A stretch of DNA of 64,000 bases from Octopus vulgaris (GCA_951406725.2 OX597820.1:2666001-2730000), one strand, 5' to 3'; shown: positions 37,414-51,309, counted from the first letter of the stretch. The notes: generated by a model not told the origin, from the letters alone. Numbers and translations: made by a program.

Positions 37414-37783
37414 GTGTGTATGGCTAGGAGTTTCTTGCCTCTTCGAAGAGTGAGAGGAAACATACACAAGTGCAACGGTAGACGAATAACGGACGGTCGT
37501 CTCTCATCTGCAAACATAATACGATGCTGTGTGCAGAAAATAAAAGTACATTCACACACACACACACACACACACATGTCTGTGTGTACGTACGTACGTA
37601 TATATATTTATATATAAAGATGTATATATATATACATACATGTATGTATATGTATAAAGCTCTGGGATAATGGACAGTCGTACAGCAATAATATGATGAT
37701 TATTTAACACGCTTATGGGTTTTTTGTTGTTGTTTGCGTTGTTATTGTTTGGTGTATATAGTTGAAATTGAATGTGAGACTAC

Positions 37784-37897
37784 CTGTGCTTGAATCCTTC
37801 CATCCTCGGTAACAACCCAGTGAGTTGCAGTCTGAACTGCCTCCAGATAAACGATGAGAAGCAGGGAAAATATCAACAGAACGACACGAGCCGCCAT
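37784..37897 (-). CDS. TTC17: Tetratricopeptide repeat protein 17, first coding exon with signal peptide (MAARVVLLIFSLLLIVYLEAVQTATHWVVTEDGRIQAQ)
   Basis: ATG at 37897, 38 codons, donor CAG|GTAGTC at 37783. A hydrophobic leader is followed by THWVVTEDGRIQAQ, matching human TTC17 TTHWVVTEDGKIQQQ. Confidence 0.93.
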
Positions 37898-37945
37898 ATT
37901 GAAAGATGGTAATGAATATTCATAAGATAGAGCGGTCACGTGAGA
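37890..37945 (-). promoter_or_regulatory. TTC17 proximal promoter motifs: palindromic E-box TCACGTGA (37936-37943) and YY1-like AATATGGCGGC over the start codon
   Basis: Both motifs are read directly and lie in a locally CpG-retaining region. Function is inferred from consensus match only. Confidence 0.5.
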
Positions 37946-38184
37946 CCTGCCAAACAAGTATCGTCAGAATTGCCCAGTTTAACTATTCTCTTATTCCGTT
38001 CCATTCTATTCGCTTTCGGTTTTGTTTTTCATTTGTCTATTTATTTATTTATTTATTTATTTATCTTTTTAATTTCTGCGCGTTCTCTCATTTGATTCAC
38101 TAATGTGAAGATTGTGCATACGTATTGCATTCACATTAGGTTCACGAGCAGCAATATATACACACACTCACATATATATGTGAG

Positions 38185-38217
<33 letters not shown>

Positions 38218-39213
38218 CTATATCATCATCATCATCATCATATAACATCCGTTTCCCATGCTGGCATGGGTTGGACGGTTTGACAGGAGGAGGAGGAGAG
38301 CTGCCCATGTTCCATGTCTGTATTGGCATGATTTCTACAGCTAGATGCCATTACATACATCCATCATCAGCTGCCAAACAGATACCATTATGGTTTTGAC
38401 ACTTGGGCAGTACCATTCAAGCTGACAGTATCAACAGTGTTAAAAACATAAACACTGCCTGGGAGAAACACACACACACACACACACACATGTAATTTGA
38501 CATAGAGATATTGGTGATGGTGCCAGATAAAAAGTACTGGTGTTGGCACCATATATTATATGGCATATAAAAAGCACTGACGCTGGTGCCTGTTTGCTTG
38601 CTTCCTGCTCGATGGGTCTAGGATCTTCCCAGGTTAGTGGTGCCAGAGGTGTCATCATGCATAGAGCTGACCAGGTCCACCTGTGCTCCCTGTCACTGGC
38701 AGTCCTATTCCAGCCCCTTTACATCCTCCAAGATGACTTCAAGCCTCTGGATATCTTTCTTAATCACATCTGGTGTGGGGCCTTCCATGGGGCCCTCTTC
38801 TAGCCTACAACTGTTATGTTGAATGAGAGTAAAGCCCTGGAAGGACGATATGATGGAAGGCAGAGGACATGTCTGGACCAATGTATGCAATGGATAGCTA
38901 TGAGGTTGCGGGCTGATGCATGCACGCATGCAGTTCTATGTTGGAAGCATGATGATATCATCTGATGCTCTCGATGCTTCTCAGGGCTCTGCTATCGAAG
39001 ATGTCAATCCCCTTTGACCAACCGGTGCTTATGTTATCCACTTGAAAAGGATGAAAGGCAAAGTTGTCCTTGGTAGAATTTAAACTCAGAAATTCTAGCT
39101 AGCAGAGTGGCATCATTTGAAAGCTACCACAATGCAAGGAAACACACTGTGACTAGTGGGGTTTGACAATATCTGGTAGTCTGGCTGGTACAGTAATACA
39201 GTGATATATATAT

Positions 39214-39815
39214 ATCATCATCATTTAACGTCCGTTTTCAATGCTAGCATGGGTTGGATGGTTCGACCGGGGTCTGGTAAGCCATGGAGGCTGCATGAGG
39301 CTCCAGTCTGGTTTAGCAGTGTTTCTACAGCTGGATGCCCTTCCTAATGCCAACCACCCGTGAGTGTAGTGGGTGCTTTTTACGTGAGGGGCCAGAGGAG
39401 ACTGGCAAACGGCCACGATCGGTTGGTGCTTTTATGTGTCACCGACATGGATGCCAGTGAGGCAGCGCTGGCATCTGCCAGGTTCGGACGGTACTTTTTA
39501 CGTGTCACTGGCATCTTAACTACAATTTCCATTTGATTTTTATTTTGATGTTGGTGTTGACGTACTTGACATAATAGGTCTCCTCAAGAACAGCAGGTCA
39601 CCCTATGATCCAAGGTTAGCACAGCAGGTCATCCTGCGAGCCATGAACTCATTTCATTTGTCGGGTTTTCACAGTCACAGCATATCTCAGGGGTCTCAAT
39701 CTTCGTCATTTCCTCTGTAAGGCCCTACGTGCCACCGGCACGGGTATCACAACTACAATATCCATTCGATTTTTATTTTGATGTTGATGAACTTGACACA
39801 ATAGATCTCCCAAAT
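39214..39815 (-). mobile_element. RTE-LINE 3' end, minus orientation
   Basis: (CAT)n, family A tail, UTR units and the antisense of LTEEMTKIE...RYAVT. Confidence 0.8.
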
Positions 39816-40457
39816 TGAAATTGACAGAAAAACAAAAGACAAAGACAGGTGTATTAGTTTGACACTCAGGAAAGTGAGAAAGTCTTTTACATTTCAAGCC
39901 AATGCTCTTTCACAGAAAGGAACATGAGGAAATAAACAAATTGTAGTTAAGGCACCTGTGCCAGTGACACGTAAAAAAGTACCTATTTCTTTACTACCCA
40001 CAAGGGGCTAAACACAGAGGGAACGAACAAGGTCAGACACACAGATTACATCGACCCCAGTGAGTAAATGGTACTTATTTAATTGACCCCAAAAAGATGA
40101 AAGGCAAAGTCAACCTCGGCGGAATTTGAACTCAGAACGTAGCGGCAGACGAAATACTGCTAAGCATTTCCCCCGACGTGTTAACGATTCTACCGTCTGA
40201 ACCTGGCAGATGCCAGCGCTGCCTGACTGGCATCCATGTCGGTGACACATAAAAGCACCAACCGATCGTGGCCGTTTGCCAGTCTCCTCTGGCCCTGCAC
40301 ATAAAAAGCACCCACTACACTCACGGGTGGTTGGTGTTAGGAAGGGCATCCAGCTGTAGAAACTGCTAAACCAGACTGGAGCCTCATGCAGCCTCCATGG
40401 CTTACCAGACTCCGGTTGAACTGTCCAACCCATGTATGTATATGTATATATACACAT

Positions 40458-40497
<40 letters not shown>

Positions 40498-41749
40498 CAC
40501 ACATATATTTTACTGCAATGGTTTTGTTAAGCAGCGTAGACTTATATATAAAGCAATATGAGTTAATGTTTTGCTAATAGCTTTACTAAGATTTAAGGCA
40601 CTTAAACTGCTCCACTAAAAAAACATTCCAAATCCTTAAAACAAATTCCACCTCAGGAAACAGCTGGAGATTGTCCTGTGTCGCTGTGACTTCAATGACA
40701 CACCACTTTATATTAAATGACTCTGATGTAAGTGATACATCACGCATAATTTTGAATGTTTCCTCAGATTGAAAGTCATGGAACACTTTGAATCCAGCCT
40801 CTGAAAACTGATAACAAAGATTCACTTCCATAAATTTTGTAAATAAAATTCTGCCTTCCAAAATAATTTGAAACATGATTTTTTTTTTTTGCAAACAACT
40901 TGAATGTGCAAGGACTACCAGTTGAAAGCTCCACATATCGGATGCCAGCAAGTTTATGGGGTCATCAGGAGAGAATGCATACCATTTCGGGGCCTAAAAA
41001 TAAAATTGATAATAATAATAATAATAACATAGTAATCAGTTAAAAATAGGAAACAGAGAGCCTAATTACAGCAAGCAGGATCAAGCAATGAAAACGAACA
41101 ACTTGAGGGAAAATGCGTTAGAGAAATGTAAAATCTGTGCATAACTGGACCATTTAAAAAACCTTTGAATCATCAAGCAATATGATGCGCTTGAGAAGAC
41201 CTGTTGAGTCAAGTGAAATCGTAGTCATGACTGATACCAGTGCCGCCTGACTGGTACCCGTGCTGGTGGCACGTAATAAGCACTGTTTGAACGTGGATCA
41301 ATGCTGCCGGTGGCATGTAAAAAGCACCATTCGAGCATGGGTCGATGCCAGTGGCACATAAAAAGCACCATTCAAGCGTGTTTGATGCCAGTGCCACCTG
41401 ACTGGTACCCATGCTAGTGGCACGTAATGAGCACTATTCAAATGTGTATCAATGCCAGTCCTGCCTGAGTGGCTCTCGTGCCAGTGGCACATAAAAATCC
41501 CCACGCCTACGGGGCCAGTGCCATGTAAAAAGCATGGAGTGGTTGGCCGTTAGGAAGGGCATCCATCTATAGAAACATTGCTTGATCAGGTCGGTGCCTG
41601 GTGCAGCCTCCTGGCTTGCCAGTCCTCAGTGAAACCTTCCAACCCATGCCAGCATGGAAAGCAGACGTTAATCAATGATGATGATGAAGAGTTAAGTTAC
41701 AATTACAGCCATAATGAAGGAAAATTCATTAGTGTAAAGGATGATTCCT

Positions 41750-42135
41750 CTCAGAGTGGTCAATGGCATTTATTTGAACAACATGGATGAATACAGGTAT
41801 ATCAAATATCTTACAACATAAAGTTTTGGTTCAACATAATTATCTCTTCCTCCAGAGGACATGTCATAATTACCAAATAGCAATTAAGACCAGCCCCACT
41901 TAAGAAGGGGAGATAATATCAGGAGTCAAGAATTCTCCAAAGTTGACACGCCATTAAGGAAAAGAACAGGTTTATTGTCTGGTGATCAAAGAACTGTCAT
42001 GGACACCCGTGCCTGGCTCATTGTCACCAGCTCTGCAATTGGTTGACCCTATCTTCAGTAGCCAACAGACAAGGTACCTGATACACCTATATTTATCTAC
42101 GTTACTCAAATGCATGCCACTGGCCACTCTGAGTT
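41750..42135. mobile_element. Putative MITE with ~28 bp terminal inverted repeats
   Basis: CTCAGAGTGGTCAATGGCATTTATTTGA versus reverse complement CTCAGAGTGGCCAGTGGCATGCATTTGA. No clear TSD. Confidence 0.45.
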
Positions 42136-43146
42136 ATTTCCGTTTGCTTATTCTTGCTTAAATTATGCAAATAACCAAAAACGGATGTTAAATAATGATG
42201 ATGATCATCATCATCATCGTTGTCATTTAATGTCTGCCTTCCATGCTGGCATGGGTGGGATGGTTTGGCAAGAGCTGGCCAGGAAGAAGCCTGTACCAGA
42301 CTTCTTGTGACTGTTTTGGCAGGATTTTTACAGCTGGATGCCCTTCTGAACACCAACCACTTTACAGTGTGGACTGGGTGCTTTTAAGTGGGTCCCTGTA
42401 CTGACAGGGTAACCAAGTACTTGCAAGACAAAATTAAAAAAAAAACTTTCAGGAGGGAAGGGGGCATTGGAGGAGGTGATCTTGTGTCAGATGATGAAAA
42501 GGTTATAGTGAGACAGAGAGACTGAAACAGGTGTCTTGCTGTATAGGAGGTACAAGGTTACCTGGTCAGAGTGAGAGAGATCAGGAATGAAGACAGAATG
42601 AGGTGCGCTACTGCAAAGGAAATACATGGTTCCCCAACCTGAGGGAAGTGCAGGAGAAGGAGAGAAAGAGAGAGATAGAGAGAGAGTGTGGGAAGATGAA
42701 TATTCACAATAATGTTGAAAAACATTTACAACACTTTTGATATCACGTGAAAAGTAGATTATCTTTCATTTTCACAAATTTGACACCTGAAGCTGATATA
42801 AGCTTTATTAGGTCAAACTTCTTCAATTTCAAATCAAACACTTTTTAATATCTTGATGAGCAAATAACTTTATTGAACCAATCTACAGGTCAAAGTTCAC
42901 ACACTTACTTCATAATTTTCCTTAAACAATGCTTTCTTTCTAAAAAAATAAGCAAGTCAAGAGTAAGAAGTTTATTTATTCTTTTATTTGTTTCAGTCAT
43001 TTGACTGCGGCCATGCTGGAGCACTACCTTTAGTGGAGCAAATCAACCTGACCCCAGGACTTATTCTATCGATATTTTGCCAAACCACTAAGTTACAGGG
43101 TCATAAACACACCAGCATTGGTTGTTAGGCGATGGTGGAGGGATAA

Positions 43147-43181
<35 letters not shown>

Positions 43182-46100
43182 CACACATACACACACATAT
43201 ATTCGACAAGCTTCTTTCAGTTTTCATCAACCAAATCCACTCACAAGGCTTTGGTCAGCCCGAGGCTATAGTAGAAAACACTTGCCCAAGGTAGCACACA
43301 GCAAGACTGAACCCAGATCCATGTGGTTGGTAAGCAAGCTACTTACCACACAGCCATTCCTGCACCTGTTTAAGTAATTTCTCTTAATAATAACTTTTAA
43401 AATAAATGGTTGCATCATTAAAATGAATGAGGTCCTCATCAACAGCCAACAATGTTAAACAAACCCCATTTCAGCTTTGGCTGCTCCTGTATTGTTTATC
43501 TATTTCTTGTTCGTCATTAGACTGCGGCCATGCTACGACACTACCTTGATGAATATTTTGTTGAATGAATCAACTTCAGTACATATGTTGTTTTTTTAAG
43601 ACTGATATTTACTCTATGAGTCTCTTATGTTGGATCTCTAAGTTATAGGGACATAAACAAACCAACACTAGTTATTGAGCAGTGGCACAGGAAACACATA
43701 CACACACATGACAGGCTTCTTTCAGTTTCCATCAACCAAATCCACTCACAAAGCTTTGGCCAGTCTGAGGTTACAGTAGAAGACACTTGCCCAAGATGCC
43801 ACACAGTGGGACTGAACTTGGAACCACATGGTTGGGAAGCAAACATCTTACCACACAGCCATATCTGCATCTCCATGGGACATTTTAAAAATTTTCTTTC
43901 ATCTTTCAATTATTCAAAATATTGAGATATTTTCTAGACATAGTAAATCTAACACAAAAACAAAAAGACAACACAAGAAGGACAACTTTTAACAAACATT
44001 GTCTTTATTTTAATTCTTAAAACAACTGACTTTCATCCGCTCTGTTACACCTGGCCAGAATCAGTGTGTGTCAGTTTATCAATGCTTTTTTTCTTGCTAC
44101 TTAAAACCATTTTACCTGTTAGCCACCATTCACTCGTTAATGTTGCTCTCTCCACCTATGTTACATTGATCATCCACCCTACCCACTGAAGCTCCAAATT
44201 ATCTCCCTTCATGCACTACACCTGTCTCCCTTTCCTCCTCACCAACATCTCATCTTTCTCTTGGCGGCCCCCCCCCCCAGTCAACTGTATCATCATTATT
44301 ATCCCACTGCTCTCTCCTGCATCCTTCTACCTTCCCCAACTCCTGCTTCGCTGGGTCTTCCCTCACTGCTTATCCACCAATCCCCACTCCACCTTTCACT
44401 CTTATCCAATCTTCATTGTCGCCTCCTACCTCTTCTCCTCTCTTCCATTGCATCATCTCTTACTCCCCCTTACACTCTTCGCAAACTTTCACCAACCAAC
44501 ACTCTTAGTTCTTCTGTCTCCAATCATTTCTTATTTCTTTATTGCCCACAAGGGGCTAAACATAGCGGGGACAAACAAGGACGGACAAAGGGATTAAGTC
44601 GATTAGATTGACCCCAGTACGCAACTGGCACTTAATTTATTGACCCTGAAAGGATGAAAGGCAAAGTCAACCTCAGCGGAATTTCAACTCAGAACGTAGC
44701 GGCGGACGAAATACCTCTGAGCATTTCACCTGGTGTGCTAACGTTTCTGCCAACTCGTCCCCAATCATTTCTATTCACCTCATACCTTGAGGGGCCACCA
44801 AGACCCCCACCCCCTGATGTAACTCTTTGCAGCTCCTATTGATCATTCTGACATCCTCTTCTAAATAACAGAAACAATGAAGCTTCTCTACAACAACAAG
44901 GCAGTGCTCCAGCTTGGCCACAGTCAAGTGACTAAAACAAGATAAAGCATAGCATGCCAACAACCTGCTCTGTCCTCCCTTCTCTCATACTGTAATCCTT
45001 CATCTTCCAGTGTAAAGCTGACCCCAATCTCCGGGGTCCATAGTCTTCTGAGCTGCACAGTGAGCACCTGGCACACACTATAAAGTGGTTGGCATTAGGA
45101 AAGGCAACCAGCTGAAGAAACCATGGCCAAGCAGACACAGGAGCACAATGCAGTCCTTGAATCATTGGATCTTTTCAAATTGTCCAACACATGCCAGAAT
45201 AGAACATGGACATTAACGATGATGATGATGCTTAAGGGTGTTTGTGTACATGTATGCACAGGATTCCAGTAATTCTAGAATACATATAATCTCAAGAAAA
45301 GGGGTCGCTGGTTTGCAATACAGATAATGGAGGGTGTCTTTACTGTTGTGTATAGGTTGATCAACAGTACGACAAAATCTATTCAAAGGTTATGCTGTGT
45401 ACTAAATTAATTGATAGATAAGCTAAGCAGGCAGTACCATAAGCCACCCTCTTTACCTGGGAATTGCAAAGAAACAAAATTTGGTCAAAGAGCAAAAAAA
45501 AAGATCAATTAAAAATATTTTCATTTATCTTATTTTTATCAGGTTTCTTTTCAGAATTTAGAGTGCAGCTATACTGAGGCCCCATCTTGAAGACAATTGA
45601 TCCTATTGGCCTCAGTAATCACTCCAGTAGATATTTTATTGATCTATATTTGTTAAACTGCTAGGTTTAGTTTTATCTTGTTTTAGTCACTGGACTGTGG
45701 CCAAGCTGGAGCACTGCCTTAAAGGGTTTAAGTCAAATGATTCGACCCCAGAACTTATTTTATCAATCTCTATTGCTCAACTTATGAGTTGTGGGGACAT
45801 AAACAAACCAACATTGGTTAGTTTTAACAAATACCATATTAGTTTGAGAAAGAAAAACGGGAAAGATTATTTAACATTAGTCCTTAACCAAAAGAAAAGA
45901 AGAAGGGTGGGGAGTGAGGGGTTAGGAACAGGGCATGAATGTCGTTCTATGGGGGTCAGATTTAAGAAAGGAGGAAGTGTGTGTATATATACATTTATAA
46001 GAATATATCTGTGTGTTGAGATAGTCATAAGGCGGGGGAGTGGTGTATGTTTTTTTGGGGGGGAGGCTGTGTGTGTAGGTGTGTCAATGCAGAAGTATAG

Positions 46101-48599
46101 TGGTGTACGTCAGTGGGGCGTGAGGTGTTGGTGTATGCATGTAATTGTAATGTGTGTGTGTGTGAGTGAGGAAAGTGGAGAAGTGAGGAGGTGGTGAAGG
46201 TGTGGGTGGGAAATAAGAAGGATAAGAGAAATGGGGAGGGTTTTGATGTGAGAGACTGTTGCATGGAAAGAAGGTGTGAAGGGAGCAAAGGTTGGGCTCA
46301 GGGAGAGAAGTGAGAGAAGAATACAAGAAAAATTGGAGAAAGAATGGTTACAATACAACACTGGTACCAACATTTGGGGGTCAAACAACAACAACAGCAG
46401 CCGTTTTGGAGAAATACCATTAAGGAAGTTTCATGTGAAGCAGGTAGCTATACTTAGCAGAACTGGGTAGATGTTTGTAGTATATCATCATCGTTTTAAC
46501 ATCCACTTTTCCATGCTTGCATGGGTTAGAGAGAATTTGTTGAGGTAGATTTATCTATGGCTAGAACCCCTTCCTGTCGTCAACCCTTATGTTCCCAAGC
46601 AAGGCAATATTTCCCCATAGCCAGACATTTTTCATGGAAAACTGGAAATGAACAACCTTGTGTGTGTGATGCTCATTTACAACTGTCACATGACGGGCTT
46701 CTTTCAGGTTCTGTTTATCGAATCCATTGACAAAACATTGGTCAACCTGAGGCTATAGTAGAAGATGCTTGCTCAAGGTGCCATACAGTGAGACTGAACT
46801 CAGAACCAGATGGTTGGGAAGCAAGCTTTTTAACCACACAGCGATGTGTATGTGTAAAATGTGACGAAGTATCTACGAATGTCAGATGTTGGATCACTGA
46901 CTTCCAAGGACATCAGTCATTATAGGTTTACAGCATTTTTTTGTACTCTTAACATTACAACACAATTATTGTATCAAATTGATTCCAGGAGTTTGGTCTT
47001 GTAGCTAGGGTGTTAGGTTCACAATCATCAACTCACAGGTTCAATTCTTGGACCAGTTGGCATGTTGTGTCCTTGAGCAAGCACTTCTTTTCCAGTTGTT
47101 CCAGTCTACTCAGCTGAAAATGAGTCTCAGCCAAGTGACACTACGGCTCCCTCTCCCTCCAGGGATCAAATCCTTGATGTTCCACACAGTCAAGATTAAG
47201 AGGGTTGAGAAGATGTCTATGGACACCTAAAACAATAACAAAAGCATGGTACTTGCTATTAAATCGCACATGTTCATGAACGACAGCTATGGCACAGACA
47301 AGGGTCTCCAACTACATGGTTCTGGGTTCAGTCCCACTGTGTGGAACCTCGGGAAGGTGTCTTCTATTATAGCCTCAGGCTGATCACAGCCTAGTGAGTG
47401 GATCTAGCAGACAGAAGCCTGGCCCAGTTAAGAGTACCCCTGATGCGTAAAATGCATCATCCAAATGTGGTCGATGCCAAGTCTGCTTGACTGGCTCCTG
47501 TGCTGGTGGCATGCAAAAAGAACCATCCGAACATGGCCAATGCCAGTACCATCTGATTGGCTCTTGTGCCAGTGGTACATAAAAAGCACTGTCCAAACTG
47601 ACTGGCTCCTGTGCCAGTGGCACGTAAAAAGCACCCACTACACTCTCGGAGTAGTTGGTGTTAGGAAGGGCATCCAGCTGTAGAAACCTTGCCAGATCAG
47701 AGTGGAGCCTGGTGCAGCCTCCTGGCTCTCCAGACCTCAGTCAAACTGTCCAACTCATGCCAGCATGGAAAACGGATATTAAACAGTGATGATGATGATG
47801 CATATGTGTATTTGTGCTCCATCAACACTTGACAACTGGTGTTGGTGCATTTATGTCCCTGGAACTTAGCTGTTCAGCAAAATAGACTGATAGAATAAAT
47901 GCCAGTCTTGAAACAAAAGTAGTGGGGTTGATTCATTTGATTAAAACTTCAAGGTGGTGCTCCAGCATGGCCACACTAATGACTGAAACAAGTAAAAGAT
48001 AAAACATGGCATTATTCTAGCATTTGGCACAATACTCGGAGTCTTTTTTCTTTTTTATGACAACTGTATAAGAAGTAATTCTGTAAAGGTCTCTGGATTT
48101 TGAGAAGGTTTTTCCTTCAATGCCTGGGAATAGGTTTTCATGGACTGAAACAAGTAAAAGAGTCACCAAGAAGGCCATATTCGATGGCATAAAAGATGCA
48201 GGGGTATATTAGATGAACCCCAATATTGATTTCAAATTTTGGCGCACAGCCAAGGACGGAGTAAGTCGATTACATCGACCCCAGTGGTACTTATTTTATC
48301 GACCCTGAAAGGATGAAAAGCCAAGTCAACCTTGGTGGCATTTGAACTCAGAACGTAAAGATGGATGAAATGCTGCCAAGCCTTTTGCCCAGCAAATCAT
48401 TCCGCTAGCTCCCTGCCTTGATGCACCCCAATATTGGGAGCATACATTCAAGTTTTAAGTACATTAAAGCGTTTAATAGAGACACAACTTTCCAGAAAAA
48501 GCTGGTTGTGATATGCTAAGAAAATATGGATAACAAACCACCGCATAAAAATTAGTTTGTTTCATTAAAATAGCCAGCTGTATAATTATTCTTTTTAAG

Positions 48600-49295
48600 T
48601 GTCCTTTCTAAGAATGTTGGACATAACCAATCATGTCCTGCTCCAATTCTCTCCTCTTTTGTTTCCTATAACAGTTCCACTTCCTGGTGTTTAATGCCTC
48701 TTTCTTCCAACCAGTTTTCCAAGCTTCACATCCTTCTTTCCCCTTCAATCTTTCGGGTCATTGCTAAATTCTTCAGGCTGTCTTTCCTCATCACACGACC
48801 AAGAAATCTCCAGAGAATTAGATTTCTGCAAGCAAGAAGCAGAATAACGCCTGAGATTGGAACTGAATGGTTTGGCTTTGTTAAGGCTGCTGGTACTAGG
48901 AATGCTATTTCTGTATTGAGAATGGTAATGGAGCAGGCAGTAAAGCTGCAAAAAGATGTCTTCATGAGTTTCATAGATTATACAAAGGCCTTTGACAAAA
49001 TAAGACAACATGTTATTTGAAGAACTCATTAACCTTGACCTGCATGTGAAGGACGTCCAAATCTTGCAGAGCCTGTGTTGGAACCAATCAGCATGCATAA
49101 AAAGGTGAATGGAGAATGTTGTGAATTTGCTGGCATCAGGAAAGGGGTTTAGTCAAAGATTGTTATGTCACCAGATCTCTTCAATTCCTATAGGGAATTG
49201 ATCATAAGGGAACTGAAGAAGGAAAAAAGTCTTGGAGAAGGAGACAGAAACATCACAAACATAAGATATGGAGATGACACAGTTCTACTTGCAGA
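48600..49295. pseudogene. Old RTE (BovB-like) fragment with two oppositely oriented parts
   Basis: Plus strand 48820-49295: GTRNAISVLRMVMEQ..FMSFIDYTKAFDKI...YGDDTVLLAE. Minus strand left of ~48815: WRFLGRVMRKDSLKNLAMTRKIEGER. Confidence 0.75.
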
Positions 49296-51309
49296 ATTAT
49301 CTATTTTATCATTATTTTTCATTTTGTAGAATATGGAGGTGGGGTATTTGGAGAAAGAGATGTTGTTACTGAGTTATAAACAGGCTTAGAACCAATTAAG
49401 TTGTTTGACATTTCAAATTCAAGACGAGCAGAGACAAGTTCATAGAATTTTAATTTAACAACCAAAAGAATATGTCTTATCTTCAAGAAAGTTTACACTC
49501 TTTGGGTGTCGCCCTTTGTTTAAGGCTAAATGTTATAAGTTGTCATAACTGATCATTATAGAAGTGTTGAAGTTCCATTAACCCAGAGAAGAAAACAGCA
49601 GGGTATTTACACATCAACACCATTTTACATCTACTTCCTATAATGGTATGGATTAGATGGATCATCTCAAGACGGTCCTAGTCACTTCTTATCAGCAGCT
49701 ACTACCCTTAAAGAAAGACCGGTGCTTATAAGAGTTATTTGGTTTTGTTTCTATAACTGGAGGCCCTCTCTGTCATCATCCACTTTGCTGAGTGTATTGG
49801 AGCCATTTCCTTGTGGCACCAGCACTAGAGATGTTGAATAGTCCACAGCAAGACAACTAAAAAGGGTTCACAACCCGTCAAGGCCTTCTCAAAGTCAACA
49901 AATGCCAGGAATATTTAGCCAAATATTTCTTTTGGCTAAATTCAAATTCAAAGTTTGTGATAGTTTTTGCAGGCATGAAGGCCAAACTTGAGCTTGCCCA
50001 AGCTAAAACTCTTCCTGACCACTCGATGCTAAAACTCTCTCCATCCCTGCCATAACCAGCTCCAACAATTTCCTACTTCCGTATCCTTCGCTTTCAAGTC
50101 CTTTGCCCTTTGTACCTATTACAAGATTAATCAGGTAACAGTCGTCTGTATTACCTTGTCATATATTATGAGCATCTCAGCAATTAGCCTTCAAGGACCA
50201 GCAACTTTCACTACATTCAGATCTTTAATCACTCTACTATTCTACTGTCAACTTGAATTGCTGGTCCTTCTGTGGGGTAACCACGAGATCGGCTGAGAGA
50301 CTTTTCCCATATTTTGGAACTAAGAAGAACAGGCAGATTTTCAGTGGAAATTTTGGTGGTTGTTACTCTTTACTCTTTTACTTGTTTCAATCATTTGACT
50401 GTGGCCATGCTGGAGCACCGCCTTTAGTCGAGCAAATCGACCCCAGGACTTATTCTTTGTAAGCCTAGTACTTATTCTATCGGTCTCTTTAGCCGAACGG
50501 CTAAGTTACAGGTTGATCGACTTCTGTAGCAGTAAGGAAGAAGAAAGCTTGTGCCATGACTGGCCAGCAACCGGAATGTTCAAACACATGAATAATGTTT
50601 GTCCTTTCATTTAAGTTCCTATCACACCCCCATTCTGCATCCCTTTGCCACACTTGCTACCATAAGTGCTGTTTATCATTATCTTCAAGACAGTAAATAA
50701 TTTCGTTTTTTAGAAAATTCTGGATGTTTCATAGTTGATTTTCTTTCTTTTTTTAGTTAATCTTTGCAATAATTGGAAATATTAAGGAACTGAAGATGAA
50801 GGAGAAAAAGAATCAATCTACAAAGCTTATGATAAAGCTTCATAACAAACGAGAATCTTACTCTGACAGTTCACACAAATGGACAAGTCAGGTCAGAGGT
50901 GGAGGTATGTGCTGTTTGCATTCACCATTTGTCAATATATTCCTGAGTGCTCCCAGGTGACTCATCCAGCAGATCTCAGTCAGTCCCTGTTTTTGTGAGA
51001 CACCTCATCTGCCGTGACTATGTGGTTGACCAACATGAACCAGATCCTCAGTGAAGAGAACATGGTAAGTAGGGTCTAAATTGGAAAATCAAGCAACATG
51101 GCCAATATGCCTGAGCTGGTGCTCCAAAATCATTCTTGTACGATTTGGAATAATGGATGTGTGATGTTTTTTTTAATTTTTTAATTTATAGCTTTCCATA
51201 CAAAATAGTCATATATAAAATTTCCAAACAAAGTTTGTCCGTAAACATTTTTTAATTGATTTCCAGTGATTTCTGAAGACAAGAAGATTCCCAGTCACTA
51301 ATCTAAATA

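Noticed and set aside
44211-46394. ORFs of 80-166 aa in CT-rich and GA/GT-rich tracts
   Set aside because: Low-complexity composition, overlap with SINEs, and no splice or homology support.
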